A stretch of DNA of 55,458 nt. It comes from a virus (taxonomy: Duplodnaviria; Caudoviricetes). Shown one piece after another: positions 18,773 through 27,751 of this stretch. Below the pieces are notes generated by a model that did not search any database, was not told where the DNA came from, and saw nothing but the letters and a program-made list of their open reading frames with translations. A program made the translations under genes and the position numbers. Every line of letters starts with the position of its first letter. Within the stretch, counting starts at the first letter, position 1. The stretch spans positions 1 through 55,458 of IMG/VR virus record IMGVR_UViG_3300044580_000222; one strand, 5' to 3'.

Positions 18773-19404
18773 TAACGTTCCGATGCAAAAGCATTGCAGC
18801 AGCTCATCACCACCTGATGTCTGCATTGATATGGGAACATCAGATAATCAGAACAGAGGATGGAGAAACAACCTGGGAATACCCGGAACCCATAACCGTG
18901 ACGATGATACGGCCACATGAACCGGATATGATTCATCCCAATTCCTCTTTTCAGAAACAGCGATGTGATGAATATGCAGACCAGTTGCTCCGGGGAACAT
19001 ACAGCGAATTTGATTATACGTATTACCAGCGGTTATTCTCATATCCGGTTGATGGTGTCTGTGTGAACCAGATAATTCATTCCATCAGGAAACTGAAAGA
19101 GCAGAAAAATACCCGGAGAGCTGTATCAGTCACCTGGCACCCCTATTTGGATAACAAGGATGCAAGCGTTCCATGCCTTCAGTTCATACAATTCCTGATA
19201 CGGAAAGATTATCTGAATATGATTTGTTTATTCAGGTCAGAAGACATTTTGCAAGCGTTCGGGCCCAATGCATACGGATTGACCCGTTTAATGGAATATG
19301 TCGCCAACGAATTGCAGGTGGGTATCGGGACTTATACGCATGTTGTGACAGTTCCCCACTTCTATCCTATCAGGGACAAATCAGACCTTCAGAGGTGGTT
19401 ATAA
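18769..19404 (+). CDS. thyA: thymidylate synthase (archaeal ThyA type)
   Basis: YTYYQRL, TRRAV..TW, catalytic PCL, FRS.D, N in GPNAYG, H.Y. Confidence 0.88.
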   Translation: MITFRCKSIAAAHHHLMSALIWEHQIIRTEDGETTWEYPEPITVTMIRPHEPDMIHPNSSFQKQRCDEYADQLLRGTYSEFDYTYYQRLFSYPVDGVCVNQIIHSIRKLKEQKNTRRAVSVTWHPYLDNKDASVPCLQFIQFLIRKDYLNMICLFRSEDILQAFGPNAYGLTRLMEYVANELQVGIGTYTHVVTVPHFYPIRDKSDLQRWL

Positions 19405-19577
19405 TGGAAGAATTGCCTGTATGGTTTGTTGAAAAGATAACCCAGATGATTTCACAAATTAAAACTGATATAAACGAAAATTTCCAGGCGATGTTTATTT
19501 CAGGCGCATCTGATGATGCATTACGCGAAATCGAATTACTGGAATATATTCTGACCCTGAAACCGGATGGTGAATGA

Positions 19578-20318
19578 TTGTTCAAACACAAAGGAACCAC
19601 CCTTTACACCATCAAAGAAGCATCAAATCTGGTGGATGTATCTGAAGGGACCATCAAGGGATTAATCGTATCAAAGAAACTCGAAAGCCTGGCATTATTC
19701 GGTACAACCTTTGTGACAGAGCAGGGGATATCAGAACTTCTGGCAAAATATGGTGTCAATTATGATAACCAGGTTGCACAGCAAATTCTGCACAAATCCC
19801 CGAAACCGTCCAGACCAGTTGATGATACCATCGAATACGAGGGAGAAACCCTTCATTCAGTGGCACATGCATCCAGAAAAACCGGGTATGCAAGGAAATC
19901 CATCCGGCAGTATCTTACATCAGGAATCATTGAAGGGAGAAAGATTCTTGGATTCTGGTATCTGACCGACACAGGTATGGAAACCCTGTTAAAACGAAAA
20001 GCAGAGTTTCGACCTGAACCTGTTATCAAACCAAAACGGAAAAAAGCCGCCAAAGGGATGAAGGTTGAATTCAACACACCCGCCGGGCGTGCTGTGATGA
20101 AATATGTCAGACAGTTATCCGAGAAACTTGGTATGACCTACAAGGATACCGCTATCACCCTGATGGAAATGGCCCTTTCAGATACTGACAAAATATCCCA
20201 TATGATACGAGTAGCAGAATACAACAAAATGCTGAAGGAAGACAAGATGCAGGCATTTAATATCATGTTATCAGGAACCAGTTATGAGTCACCCGTATTA
20301 CTTTGCAGCAACGATTAA
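19578..20318 (+). CDS. DNA-binding protein with two excisionase/MerR-like HTH repeats (candidate late activator or Xis)
   Basis: LYTIKEASNLVDVSEGTIK and LHSVAHASRKTGYARKSIRQY...G.WY repeats. Confidence 0.7.
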   Translation: MFKHKGTTLYTIKEASNLVDVSEGTIKGLIVSKKLESLALFGTTFVTEQGISELLAKYGVNYDNQVAQQILHKSPKPSRPVDDTIEYEGETLHSVAHASRKTGYARKSIRQYLTSGIIEGRKILGFWYLTDTGMETLLKRKAEFRPEPVIKPKRKKAAKGMKVEFNTPAGRAVMKYVRQLSEKLGMTYKDTAITLMEMALSDTDKISHMIRVAEYNKMLKEDKMQAFNIMLSGTSYESPVLLCSND

Positions 20319-20808
20319 AATCGAAGGAAAAATGATGGGAACTCCGGAACAGATAAAACAGTATGTGGATATAAAAGTCAAGAATCTGATATCTGATATG
20401 AAGATCCCGGAACCATCAGAAACAATGAAAATGCATGTGGAACCAGGAACCAGCACAGTATACCGGAAGATAACGAGTGACGGATATGTCATGTGAAAAC
20501 TGTAACCGAACCCTGATAGGAGGTATCCAATTAACAAACAAGGCAGGAATAATCTGGTGTTTCATGGAAAACGAATGGAAACCCCTGAATTCATCCTGCA
20601 ATAATTTTCAGGCTAAATAATATTCTTTTTTTGTTAAACAGTTATTTATATTCTGTATAACCATATTGCTTATGGTTCATGGCTCTTTACTTGATGCTGA
20701 TTATTCCGATAAGGAATTACAGGCAGCACAAGAAGCCGCAAAACGCAGTTCTGATAAATTACATCAGAAAGCGTGGAAATTCTTCAAAAAAGTATGCCCG
20801 TTTGGAAA

Positions 20809-21555
20809 ATGAAATATATAGCCGTAATATTCGCGCCCCTTCTTTTTTGCCTGATAATATGCTCGTTACCCGGTCAGGCCGTGATATCTTCATCCGTATA
20901 TGCGAATGGCGGTTCGATAATTGTTAATACAGACGAATCATGGGAAACATCAGATAATTTGATGAGATTCGGGACGGTCAATGATTCATACGAATATGGT
21001 GGAAAAAGTCAGACCATCGTATCGTTAGGCCGGACGGGTATCATAAAGGAAGATTCCACGAAGATTGAAACTCTGGGAATGCTCAATGCATTTGATTCAG
21101 CCGGTATGTTCAGCACACAAACCAATATACCGGAATCCATGTGCGACCAGTCTAATTTCATAGCAGGATACGGAAACCAGTCATCCAGCAGATACCCGGA
21201 GACCCAGACCGTAGAGGGGTTATGGGGAATAATGGGGTCAGGTCCCGGCACAACCTATGAATCCCAGGTTGAGGTGCAGGGAAAGGCCGTGGGAGTATCA
21301 GCCAAAGGCACAACTCCATCAGGATATCTGTATGAAGATGTGAAAGGGGCACTCAAGAGTGGATTAGATACCAATTCCAGTGCTTTGCAGTATTCATATT
21401 CCCGACACGACCACGGATTACTTTCATCAGATACGAACAAGACCCTGGATGGAGGGTTTGATTGGCTCTGGGATACTGAAATTGACGAAATAGTCAACGA
21501 AACAGTCATCGAGGCCAGTGAAGAGGCCAACGTCTCGGAGGACGACAATGATTGA
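20809..21555 (+). CDS. secreted/surface protein with signal peptide
   Basis: MKYIAVIFAPLLFCLIICSLPGQA signal peptide; Ser/Gly/Thr-rich beta body; acidic tail. Confidence 0.7.
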   Translation: MKYIAVIFAPLLFCLIICSLPGQAVISSSVYANGGSIIVNTDESWETSDNLMRFGTVNDSYEYGGKSQTIVSLGRTGIIKEDSTKIETLGMLNAFDSAGMFSTQTNIPESMCDQSNFIAGYGNQSSSRYPETQTVEGLWGIMGSGPGTTYESQVEVQGKAVGVSAKGTTPSGYLYEDVKGALKSGLDTNSSALQYSYSRHDHGLLSSDTNKTLDGGFDWLWDTEIDEIVNETVIEASEEANVSEDDND

Positions 21556-21838
21556 AACTATTCAACCAATTCTTATCGCAGTCGGCGGATCTCTCATCTA
21601 TTCTCTGCTCTGGTATTCCCGTCAGGTTATTGACCCGACCAAGGAAACTCCGGAATTCAAACCGTGGAAACTTGTATCCACCCTTCTTGTCGGTGCAGCC
21701 ATCGGTCTTGTATCCGTTCTTGGTGGTATTCCGATTACACAGGTGGGAATCGAAGCACAGCTCGCATCATACGGCTTCCTTGTCGCAGCCGTTGAACAGG
21801 TCGGCAAAGCCCTGTATCGAAACTTCACAAAGGAATAA
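21548..21838 (+). CDS. holin-like small membrane protein
   Basis: 96 aa, 2-3 hydrophobic helices, basic C-terminus. Confidence 0.55.
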   Translation: MIETIQPILIAVGGSLIYSLLWYSRQVIDPTKETPEFKPWKLVSTLLVGAAIGLVSVLGGIPITQVGIEAQLASYGFLVAAVEQVGKALYRNFTKE

Positions 21839-21841
21839 ACA

Positions 21842-22204
21842 ATGTCAGTATCAATTGAAGGTATCTGGTCAACCCGTGCGGGAGATTATTCCCCGGCAAA
21901 ACACATTCTGACCAGAACAAACGATTATCGGTATTTTTTCAGACTGAACCAGGATTCCAAAGACATTGGAGTCAAAAAGGTTATCAAGATTCTCATTGAC
22001 GGGAAACCTGAGATCACCATCCACGACTGGATGAGTGTTGACGGACGGGAAGACAACTATTTCGATATTCCACTCGAATTCAGAACTCCCGGCAGACATT
22101 CCGTTCAGTTTGAAGTCTATAAGCCGTCAACCAAGGCCGCAGACAGTAAAGAAGGAGAACTTGAGTATTCATCCGACAAATTCACGGTTGAATACCAGGT
22201 ATAA
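21842..22204 (+). CDS. hypothetical Ig-like beta-sandwich protein
   Basis: Alternating beta strands; PG.HSVQFEVY motif. Confidence 0.5.
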   Translation: MSVSIEGIWSTRAGDYSPAKHILTRTNDYRYFFRLNQDSKDIGVKKVIKILIDGKPEITIHDWMSVDGREDNYFDIPLEFRTPGRHSVQFEVYKPSTKAADSKEGELEYSSDKFTVEYQV

Positions 22205-22213
22205 GAACAAACC

Positions 22214-22388
22214 ATCTCATACCAGGGTCATACCTGGATGAGATATTCCCTGCATAAGACCCCGCACACGTCCTACTCTCATCAGGAAGCACCTTTGACC
22301 TTGTAACACCAGCCGATCCAATACATACAAACTTATGCAGGCTCTTGGAACGGGAACGGAAATGGGGGTTCGATTCCCTCACCAGGAG
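22214..22388 (+). ncRNA. structured intergenic RNA with 3' tRNA-like (acceptor + T-arm) domain
   Basis: Hairpin 22214-22244; perfect 10-bp helix CCTGCATAAG/CTTATGCAGG; CTCTTGG/CCAGGAG 7-bp stem enclosing GGGGG-TTCGATT-CCCTC. Confidence 0.45.
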
Positions 22389-22396
22389 TTATCAAC

Positions 22397-22849
22397 ATGA
22401 CTGAAGACGCGAAATCAGTAGTAATTCAGAACCTCGGAGATATCACGGCTATCAACAAACTGCACATATCAATTGCAGAGTTATCCCGTGATATGATTCA
22501 TATGTCATCCTGTTTTCAGGAGATGAACGCCAGACTCGAAGAATTCATGAAGAATTCCGAAGAACGGGTCCGGGCACTGGAACAGGGATGTAAACGGGAT
22601 GACCATGAGTTGATATGGAACGAGATGAGAGAACTGGATATCCGCATGACTGCCATTGAACGGGCCAAATGTCCGAAAACCCCGGTCCTGAACGACCTGG
22701 ATGAACGGCTGACCGCACAGGAACAGATACATCATCAGGATACCGGAGCAAACAAATCCAGGGAAACAGAGATGAACCGGATACTATTCGGGGTTGCGAT
22801 TGTTGAAGGGATAATCATAGCAGCTCAGGCATTCCATATCATATCATGA
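22397..22849 (+). CDS. coiled-coil protein with C-terminal TM anchor
   Basis: Long heptads followed by a single hydrophobic helix ILFGVAIVEGIIIAA. Confidence 0.65.
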   Translation: MTEDAKSVVIQNLGDITAINKLHISIAELSRDMIHMSSCFQEMNARLEEFMKNSEERVRALEQGCKRDDHELIWNEMRELDIRMTAIERAKCPKTPVLNDLDERLTAQEQIHHQDTGANKSRETEMNRILFGVAIVEGIIIAAQAFHIIS

Positions 22850-23032
22850 AACTCCGGTATTGTCCTGACCAATCATCTGAATGTCATGCATTTAGCGGAG
22901 AACTCTGTGAAGTGGTTGACCGGTACAACAACCGGGTTATGATTCGTATCCAACCGGACGGGTTCACCCATTCCATCTTTATCCTTACTTCTTCTGACAA
23001 AATATTCCCGGTTTAAGTTGTTTTGATATCAA

Positions 23033-23075
23033 ATAGTAAGTATTATATACTTATAGGTACAACTATAGTATGTAA
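23033..23075 (+). promoter_or_regulatory. conserved 43-bp cassette promoter, copy 1
   Basis: ATAGTAAGTATTATATACTTATA-GGTACA-ACTATAGT-ATGTAA. Confidence 0.85.
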
Positions 23076-23097
23076 CAAGCACATAGGGGACACAAAA

Positions 23098-23331
23098 ATG
23101 GAAAATATAAACATTCAAGAAATTGGAAAGAAAGTTGAAACGGCATTCATGGAAGTAGAAAGGTCAAAAAAACAGGGGAAAGGCGGGAATGAAATGTTTC
23201 ATTCCAGGGTTGCTCTGGGAATTCTTGAGATGGTTGAAATGATGTATGGAGTTGAACAGCGGGATCACATGGAAAAACTTGCAAAAAGCAAAGTTCAGGA
23301 AGCAAAGGTCCGGGGATATTTATACAAATAA
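23098..23331 (+). CDS. small helical hypothetical protein (cassette gene)
   Basis: AGGGGA RBS after promoter copy 1. Confidence 0.7.
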   Translation: MENINIQEIGKKVETAFMEVERSKKQGKGGNEMFHSRVALGILEMVEMMYGVEQRDHMEKLAKSKVQEAKVRGYLYK

Positions 23332-23349
23332 TTTTTTTAGGTGGAAAAA

Positions 23350-23523
23350 ATGATAAAGGCAATGGAAGAACCGCTTGAATTTCGTGGAGCATGGTTTCAA
23401 TACTGTTTTGACTATGATATCAGGAACTCAGCTTACCTGTGTATGTCCTGTGATGTAATGACCGATATCAAGACCGGGATATGCCCGCTGTGTGGAAAAC
23501 GGTCACCATGTGCAATGGAGTGA
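23350..23523 (+). CDS. small zinc-ribbon protein
   Basis: AGGTGG RBS; CMSC...CPLC. Confidence 0.6.
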   Translation: MIKAMEEPLEFRGAWFQYCFDYDIRNSAYLCMSCDVMTDIKTGICPLCGKRSPCAME

Positions 23524-23528
23524 GTCAA

Positions 23529-23978
23529 ATGACAAACTCCCTTCCTATGATGGTATATGATGAGATGAGAACCAAATACAGTATACCAAAAAATCCATCC
23601 ATCAGACAACCCGAAGACTTGTTACAAGTGAAGAAAATAGCAACACTAGCATCCAAAGAGGTTGAATACTTCTGTGTGCTGACCCTGAACGGAGCGTCCG
23701 AAGTCATCAGGTGCCACATCGTTACAAAAGGAGTTTTGAACTTCTCTGTGGTTCATCCGAGGGAAATATACCGGGCAGCCATAAAAGATAATGCAGCATC
23801 AATTATCTGTGTTCATAACCATCCATCAGGCAACCTGGAACCATCATCAGCGGATATCAAAATAACCAACCAACTAAAACAGGCCGGAGACATACTCGAA
23901 ATAAAATTGCTTGACCATGTAATTATCACAAAGTCAGGAATTGCCAGTATGCGGTCACTCGGATACGCATCCTTCTAA
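23529..23978 (+). CDS. radC: RadC-family JAB/MPN domain protein
   Basis: E.F.VL.L, VHPREI, HNHPSG...PS.AD, LLDHVII motifs. Confidence 0.92.
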   Translation: MTNSLPMMVYDEMRTKYSIPKNPSIRQPEDLLQVKKIATLASKEVEYFCVLTLNGASEVIRCHIVTKGVLNFSVVHPREIYRAAIKDNAASIICVHNHPSGNLEPSSADIKITNQLKQAGDILEIKLLDHVIITKSGIASMRSLGYASF

Positions 23979-23986
23979 TTTTTCAT

Positions 23987-24029
23987 ATAGTAAGTATTAT
24001 ATACTTATAGATACAACTATAGTGTGTAG
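23987..24029 (+). promoter_or_regulatory. conserved 43-bp cassette promoter, copy 2
   Basis: ATAGTAAGTATTATATACTTATA-GATACA-ACTATAGT-GTGTAG. Confidence 0.85.
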
Positions 24030-24051
24030 TAAACACATAGGAGAAATGAAA

Positions 24052-24243
24052 ATGGAACACATAAATTTTTCAACAATGGATGGAAAGAAAGCCGGAAACA
24101 TCGCTGTAGTATTCACTGGAGAAGGATGGAAAGCGACCTGTTATTTTGATGGTGATGCAGTCGTGAATATCGGCGGAATCATCGAAGAGTGCGAGACCTG
24201 GACACAGGCAGAAGAGTTCTTAAATGACTGGTATGATGTGTGA
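24052..24243 (+). CDS. small acidic protein (cassette gene)
   Basis: AGGAG RBS; 63 aa. Confidence 0.65.
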   Translation: MEHINFSTMDGKKAGNIAVVFTGEGWKATCYFDGDAVVNIGGIIEECETWTQAEEFLNDWYDV

Positions 24244-24246
24244 ACA

Positions 24247-24561
24247 ATGAGAGAAAAACTCCAATCAATTTTAAACCAGCACGGGGAGGGACTTGTATTC
24301 CTCGGAGCAGGGGGGCCGAAAGAGGATTGGATGAACGGGGTTCATTCCCTGTTATTAGAAGAGGGTATTGTATCAAAAACAGATGAGGAGATATGGACTT
24401 CTGATAACTCGTTCCAGGTTCAGGGAAGAACAGACCTTGTATTGACGTTCACTTATCTGGATGTTGCCAGACTCGCAATATGGCGTATCAGGTTCGAAAA
24501 TTGCATGTGGTTATCTGATTACATAGACAATACACATCTCTGGTCAGACAAGGAGGAATAA
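24247..24561 (+). CDS. acidic hypothetical protein
   Basis: 104-aa ORF; the EGLV..G.GG...W..G....L.EEGI...WLSDY pattern looks like a mobile-element hypothetical family (from memory, not searched). Confidence 0.65.
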   Translation: MREKLQSILNQHGEGLVFLGAGGPKEDWMNGVHSLLLEEGIVSKTDEEIWTSDNSFQVQGRTDLVLTFTYLDVARLAIWRIRFENCMWLSDYIDNTHLWSDKEE

Positions 24562-24732
24562 ATGACCACCAGAGACACCAGACGGAAAGAGAACATGGTC
24601 AGAGCGTTATACCTGCCCCTTGGAAAAGACCGGGTTGAAGAGTTCAGAAAGAAATGTATTCAAGAGAACCCGGAGTGGGAACAGTTCTTTCAGGAGTTTG
24701 ACCGGAGAAATCCGGGCATCTTCCAACAATAG
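24562..24732 (+). CDS. small hypothetical protein (56 aa)
   Basis: AGGAGG RBS; not in the track. Confidence 0.55.
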   Translation: MTTRDTRRKENMVRALYLPLGKDRVEEFRKKCIQENPEWEQFFQEFDRRNPGIFQQ

Positions 24733-24767
24733 GTATATGTATGCGCTCTTACATACTATATTCTGAT

Positions 24768-25169
24768 ATGAACTGTCCAGACTGTCTATCAGATAATATT
24801 AAAAAATCCGGGTTTGTCCAACTGAAGTCAGGAGCACAGCAACGGTATGAATGCCTTGAATGTGGAAGAACCTGGGTGGGAATGGGAAGGCCGAAAATAC
24901 CGGTGGTTGGTATCCCGTGCCCGGATTGCAAGGGTCAGGATATTGCACGGAAAGGATGGAGGATAACCAGGCAGGGAAAAATACAGCAGTATGTCTGCCG
25001 GTCATGTGGTCACATCTTCACCCTGAAACCACTTATCCAGAGAGCCGAATCGGCACCATGTCCGAAATGTCATTCTGACAAGACCCGGAAGGGTGGAAAG
25101 TATATCAGGAACGGGAAAGAACTTCAGCGGTACGTCTGCAATTCCTGTCATTCCTCTTGGATTGACTGA
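24768..25169 (+). CDS. triple IS1-InsA-like zinc-ribbon protein
   Basis: Three CPxC...K.G....G..QRY.CxxC repeats; no DDE or HTH domain. Confidence 0.75.
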   Translation: MNCPDCLSDNIKKSGFVQLKSGAQQRYECLECGRTWVGMGRPKIPVVGIPCPDCKGQDIARKGWRITRQGKIQQYVCRSCGHIFTLKPLIQRAESAPCPKCHSDKTRKGGKYIRNGKELQRYVCNSCHSSWID

Positions 25170-25189
25170 TTCTTTTTTTGTAAAACGGA

Positions 25190-25232
25190 ATAGTAAGTAT
25201 TATATACTTATAAAATAAACTATAGTATGTAG
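25190..25232 (+). promoter_or_regulatory. conserved 43-bp cassette promoter, copy 3
   Basis: ATAGTAAGTATTATATACTTATA-AAATAA-ACTATAGT-ATGTAG; preceded by a T7 terminator-like tract. Confidence 0.85.
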
Positions 25233-25255
25233 TAAACGCATAGGAAAGATGAAAA

Positions 25256-25531
25256 ATGAATTACAATGAGAAGAACCGGTTTGCAAACCTGCTAGTAGAG
25301 TTTGGAGAAAAGTTGAATGATTGCCCTGTATCAGAATATGGAGTTCTGGATGAGGTGATTGCAAAAATCCATAATAATTTATACCACATGAAAGATGCAG
25401 AAGAGGTTGCAATCCTGATTAAACAGATAATAGAAAACAAGGCAGAACGGGAAGACGGGTGGGCGGAACAATACGAGAAGGAATTATCTGACTACTTTGA
25501 AACCTTTGGTGAAAACCTTTGGGAATTCTAA
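25256..25531 (+). CDS. small acidic helical protein (cassette gene)
   Basis: Follows promoter copy 3; Glu-rich. Confidence 0.7.
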   Translation: MNYNEKNRFANLLVEFGEKLNDCPVSEYGVLDEVIAKIHNNLYHMKDAEEVAILIKQIIENKAEREDGWAEQYEKELSDYFETFGENLWEF

Positions 25532-25549
25532 TTTTTTTGGGCGATTATA

Positions 25550-25891
25550 ATGAAAAACGCAGTGGATATTAAAAAATTAAATGAAGAACACGAAATAGAA
25601 GAGATTCCATTCCTGTTTATAGATTTCATAGAGAACGAAATTACAGTTGACTATTATTATGAAGATGCAACACCACGAAAGGTTCAAGATGGAAATATGC
25701 TTATGATCCCATTACCAGAAGGGGTTTTGGTGAATCACATATCCCCGGTAGTCGATGAATTGATACCAATCATTGAAGATACCATTCAGCCAGGACACTT
25801 GCCTGGCAAGGGTCTGAACGAGTATGCAGATGGAAACTTTGTGGAACTGGTTAGTGATATTGAAGAAGGAACTGTGTTCCCAATATTATAA
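25550..25891 (+). CDS. highly acidic protein (possible DNA mimic)
   Basis: Very D/E-rich 113-aa ORF followed by a T-tract. Confidence 0.65.
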   Translation: MKNAVDIKKLNEEHEIEEIPFLFIDFIENEITVDYYYEDATPRKVQDGNMLMIPLPEGVLVNHISPVVDELIPIIEDTIQPGHLPGKGLNEYADGNFVELVSDIEEGTVFPIL

Positions 25892-25954
25892 TTTTCTCTT
25901 TTTTTTGTTAAACACCTTTAAATATTTTGTAAAGCATAACTGTCTTTCATTCTT

Positions 25955-26488
25955 ATGTCAGAATTGCGACTCGAATACATACCCGTCAACGAACTTGTTC
26001 CATACGATAAAAATCCCCGAAAGAATGATGCAGCCGCAGAAAAGGTTGCCGAACTCATTAAGGAATATGGATTCAAAAAACCCATTCTCGTAGATGTCAA
26101 AAATAATAAAAACGAGATTATTGCAGGCCATACCCGATTAAAAGCAGCTCTTCTTTTAGGTCTTGAAAAAGTCCCGGTTATTTTTGCTGATGATTTGTCA
26201 CCAGAACAGGTTAAGGCGTTCAGGATTGCTGATAATAAATCCGGGGAATGGGCAGAATGGGATAATGAACTTTTAATCCCAGAATTAACCGACTTACGAG
26301 AAAGTGGGTTCGACATTTCTCTTACCGGGTTTTCTGAAATGTCCTTGGATGGGTTTGATACTGGTTCCGAACCATCCGGTTTTGATGTGGACTCTTTCCT
26401 GACAGATGAGGAAAAACCAGATAAAAAGCCCAAATTGATAACCTGTCCCAGATGCGGGGAGTCGTTTGCTCAATATGAAGTTCTATGA
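25955..26488 (+). CDS. ParB/Srx-like domain protein with C-terminal CxxC
   Basis: L.PY.KNPRKN, IKEYGF..PILVD, IIAGHTRLKAA, RIADNK. Confidence 0.9.
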   Translation: MSELRLEYIPVNELVPYDKNPRKNDAAAEKVAELIKEYGFKKPILVDVKNNKNEIIAGHTRLKAALLLGLEKVPVIFADDLSPEQVKAFRIADNKSGEWAEWDNELLIPELTDLRESGFDISLTGFSEMSLDGFDTGSEPSGFDVDSFLTDEEKPDKKPKLITCPRCGESFAQYEVL

Positions 26489-27444
26489 CCAGGAACTATA
26501 TCGCCGGGTCCAGAGCAGAGGATATGATTCTTGATGGTTCAACAATTCCTGGCAGCAGTAAACATAAAATCAGATTCCCTGAAGGGGGGGGGAGAATTAC
26601 GAAACACCCTTCTAATTTAGCCGGAACGTATGGTGTGGGTGTATGTTTGGCAGGAACAACGGGCGGACAAACCATCCATTTAGCCGGAACGTGTGGTGAA
26701 ATAAGAGATCCGGATACTGCAAACCTTCTCTTTGAATTGGACTGGAACATGCTCGAATCATTCTATTACATTAAACCATGGCAGATTGATTGGATAAAGA
26801 GCAGACCACACCGGAAATTCCTATTAGATTCTGGGACATTTACGTTCATGAATTCAAAGCATAAAACCGTTTCAAACCTGGATGAATATGTTAAAAATTA
26901 TACAGATTTCATCAAAACTCATGGAATAAAACAGTTTTTTGAGATGGATGTCGATGCTGTAAGACCCTTATCCCAAGTAGAGAAATATCGTGATTACATT
27001 GAACAATCAACGAGACAGCAATCAATTCCGGTCTGGCACAAATCACGTGGAATAAAATATTTTGAAGATATGTGCAAAGACTATTCATATGTAGCAGTCG
27101 GGGGAATTGTCACCAAAGAGATTCCAAAATCGAAATTTGAAGTGTTCCACAAACTCATTCAGATAGCACATCACCACGGAGCCAGGATACACGGGCTGGG
27201 GATAGGATCTCCCTCTACAATCAAGAAGTATGCTTTTGATTCAGTTGATTCGTCATCATGGAATTCTTGTGCGTTTGGTGGGGGGCACGTGTATCAGTTT
27301 AAAGACGGGAATATTGTAAAAATCCCGTTCAATTCATCAAAAAAGTATGACCGTCATAAAGTGGTCAGACATAATTTTTCGGAATGGGTAAAATTCTCAC
27401 AGTATTTGGAGCATCAATATGTACACAGTAAAAAAACGATTTGA
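26485..27444 (+). CDS. dpdA: DpdA-like DNA 7-deazaguanine transglycosylase (TGT fold)
   Basis: LLDSGTFTF, EMD, IPVWH, YVAVGG, IHGLG, SVDSSSW motifs; adjacent to que genes. Confidence 0.8.
   Translation: MTRNYIAGSRAEDMILDGSTIPGSSKHKIRFPEGGGRITKHPSNLAGTYGVGVCLAGTTGGQTIHLAGTCGEIRDPDTANLLFELDWNMLESFYYIKPWQIDWIKSRPHRKFLLDSGTFTFMNSKHKTVSNLDEYVKNYTDFIKTHGIKQFFEMDVDAVRPLSQVEKYRDYIEQSTRQQSIPVWHKSRGIKYFEDMCKDYSYVAVGGIVTKEIPKSKFEVFHKLIQIAHHHGARIHGLGIGSPSTIKKYAFDSVDSSSWNSCAFGGGHVYQFKDGNIVKIPFNSSKKYDRHKVVRHNFSEWVKFSQYLEHQYVHSKKTI
26584..26592 (+). repeat. G9 homopolymer in the 5' region of dpdA
   Basis: GAA GGG GGG GGG AGA; the longest G/C run I noticed in the window. Confidence 0.9.
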
Positions 27445-27751
27445 AATTGCAGGTAGCCATAAACTGAATTTATCGTATCAGTCAAAATGCCAAAACATAC
27501 ACGGTCATAATTGGATTATCACCGTTATATGTAAGTCTAATTCGTTGAATGGCGACGGTATGGTAACAGATTTCTCAATAATAAAAAAAGAGATTTCGGA
27601 TAGACTAGACCATAAACATCTGAACGACATTCTCCCATTCAACCCAACGGCAGAGAATATGGCAGAATGGATTTGTCATAAGATTCCGAATGCGGTTTCT
27701 GTAATTGTGCAGGAATCAGAAGGAAACGAGGCTCGGTATGATAATTTCTGA
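27419..27751 (+). CDS. queD: 6-carboxytetrahydropterin synthase
   Basis: H.L...SKC.NIHGHNW, LDH..LN, NPTAEN, V.ES. Confidence 0.93.
   Translation: MYTVKKRFEIAGSHKLNLSYQSKCQNIHGHNWIITVICKSNSLNGDGMVTDFSIIKKEISDRLDHKHLNDILPFNPTAENMAEWICHKIPNAVSVIVQESEGNEARYDNF

Noticed and set aside
18769-19404. ThyA homologue as a pyrimidine hypermodification enzyme
   Set aside because: It retains the Asn associated with dUMP specificity (GPNAYG), and no kinase or glycosyltransferase partners are present; ordinary dTMP supply with dcd is simpler.
22342-22388. Canonical tRNA gene
   Set aside because: No anticodon arm or D stem and only 47 nt; kept as a tRNA-like element.
24768-25169. Active IS1 element
   Set aside because: No InsB/DDE frame and no terminal inverted repeats.
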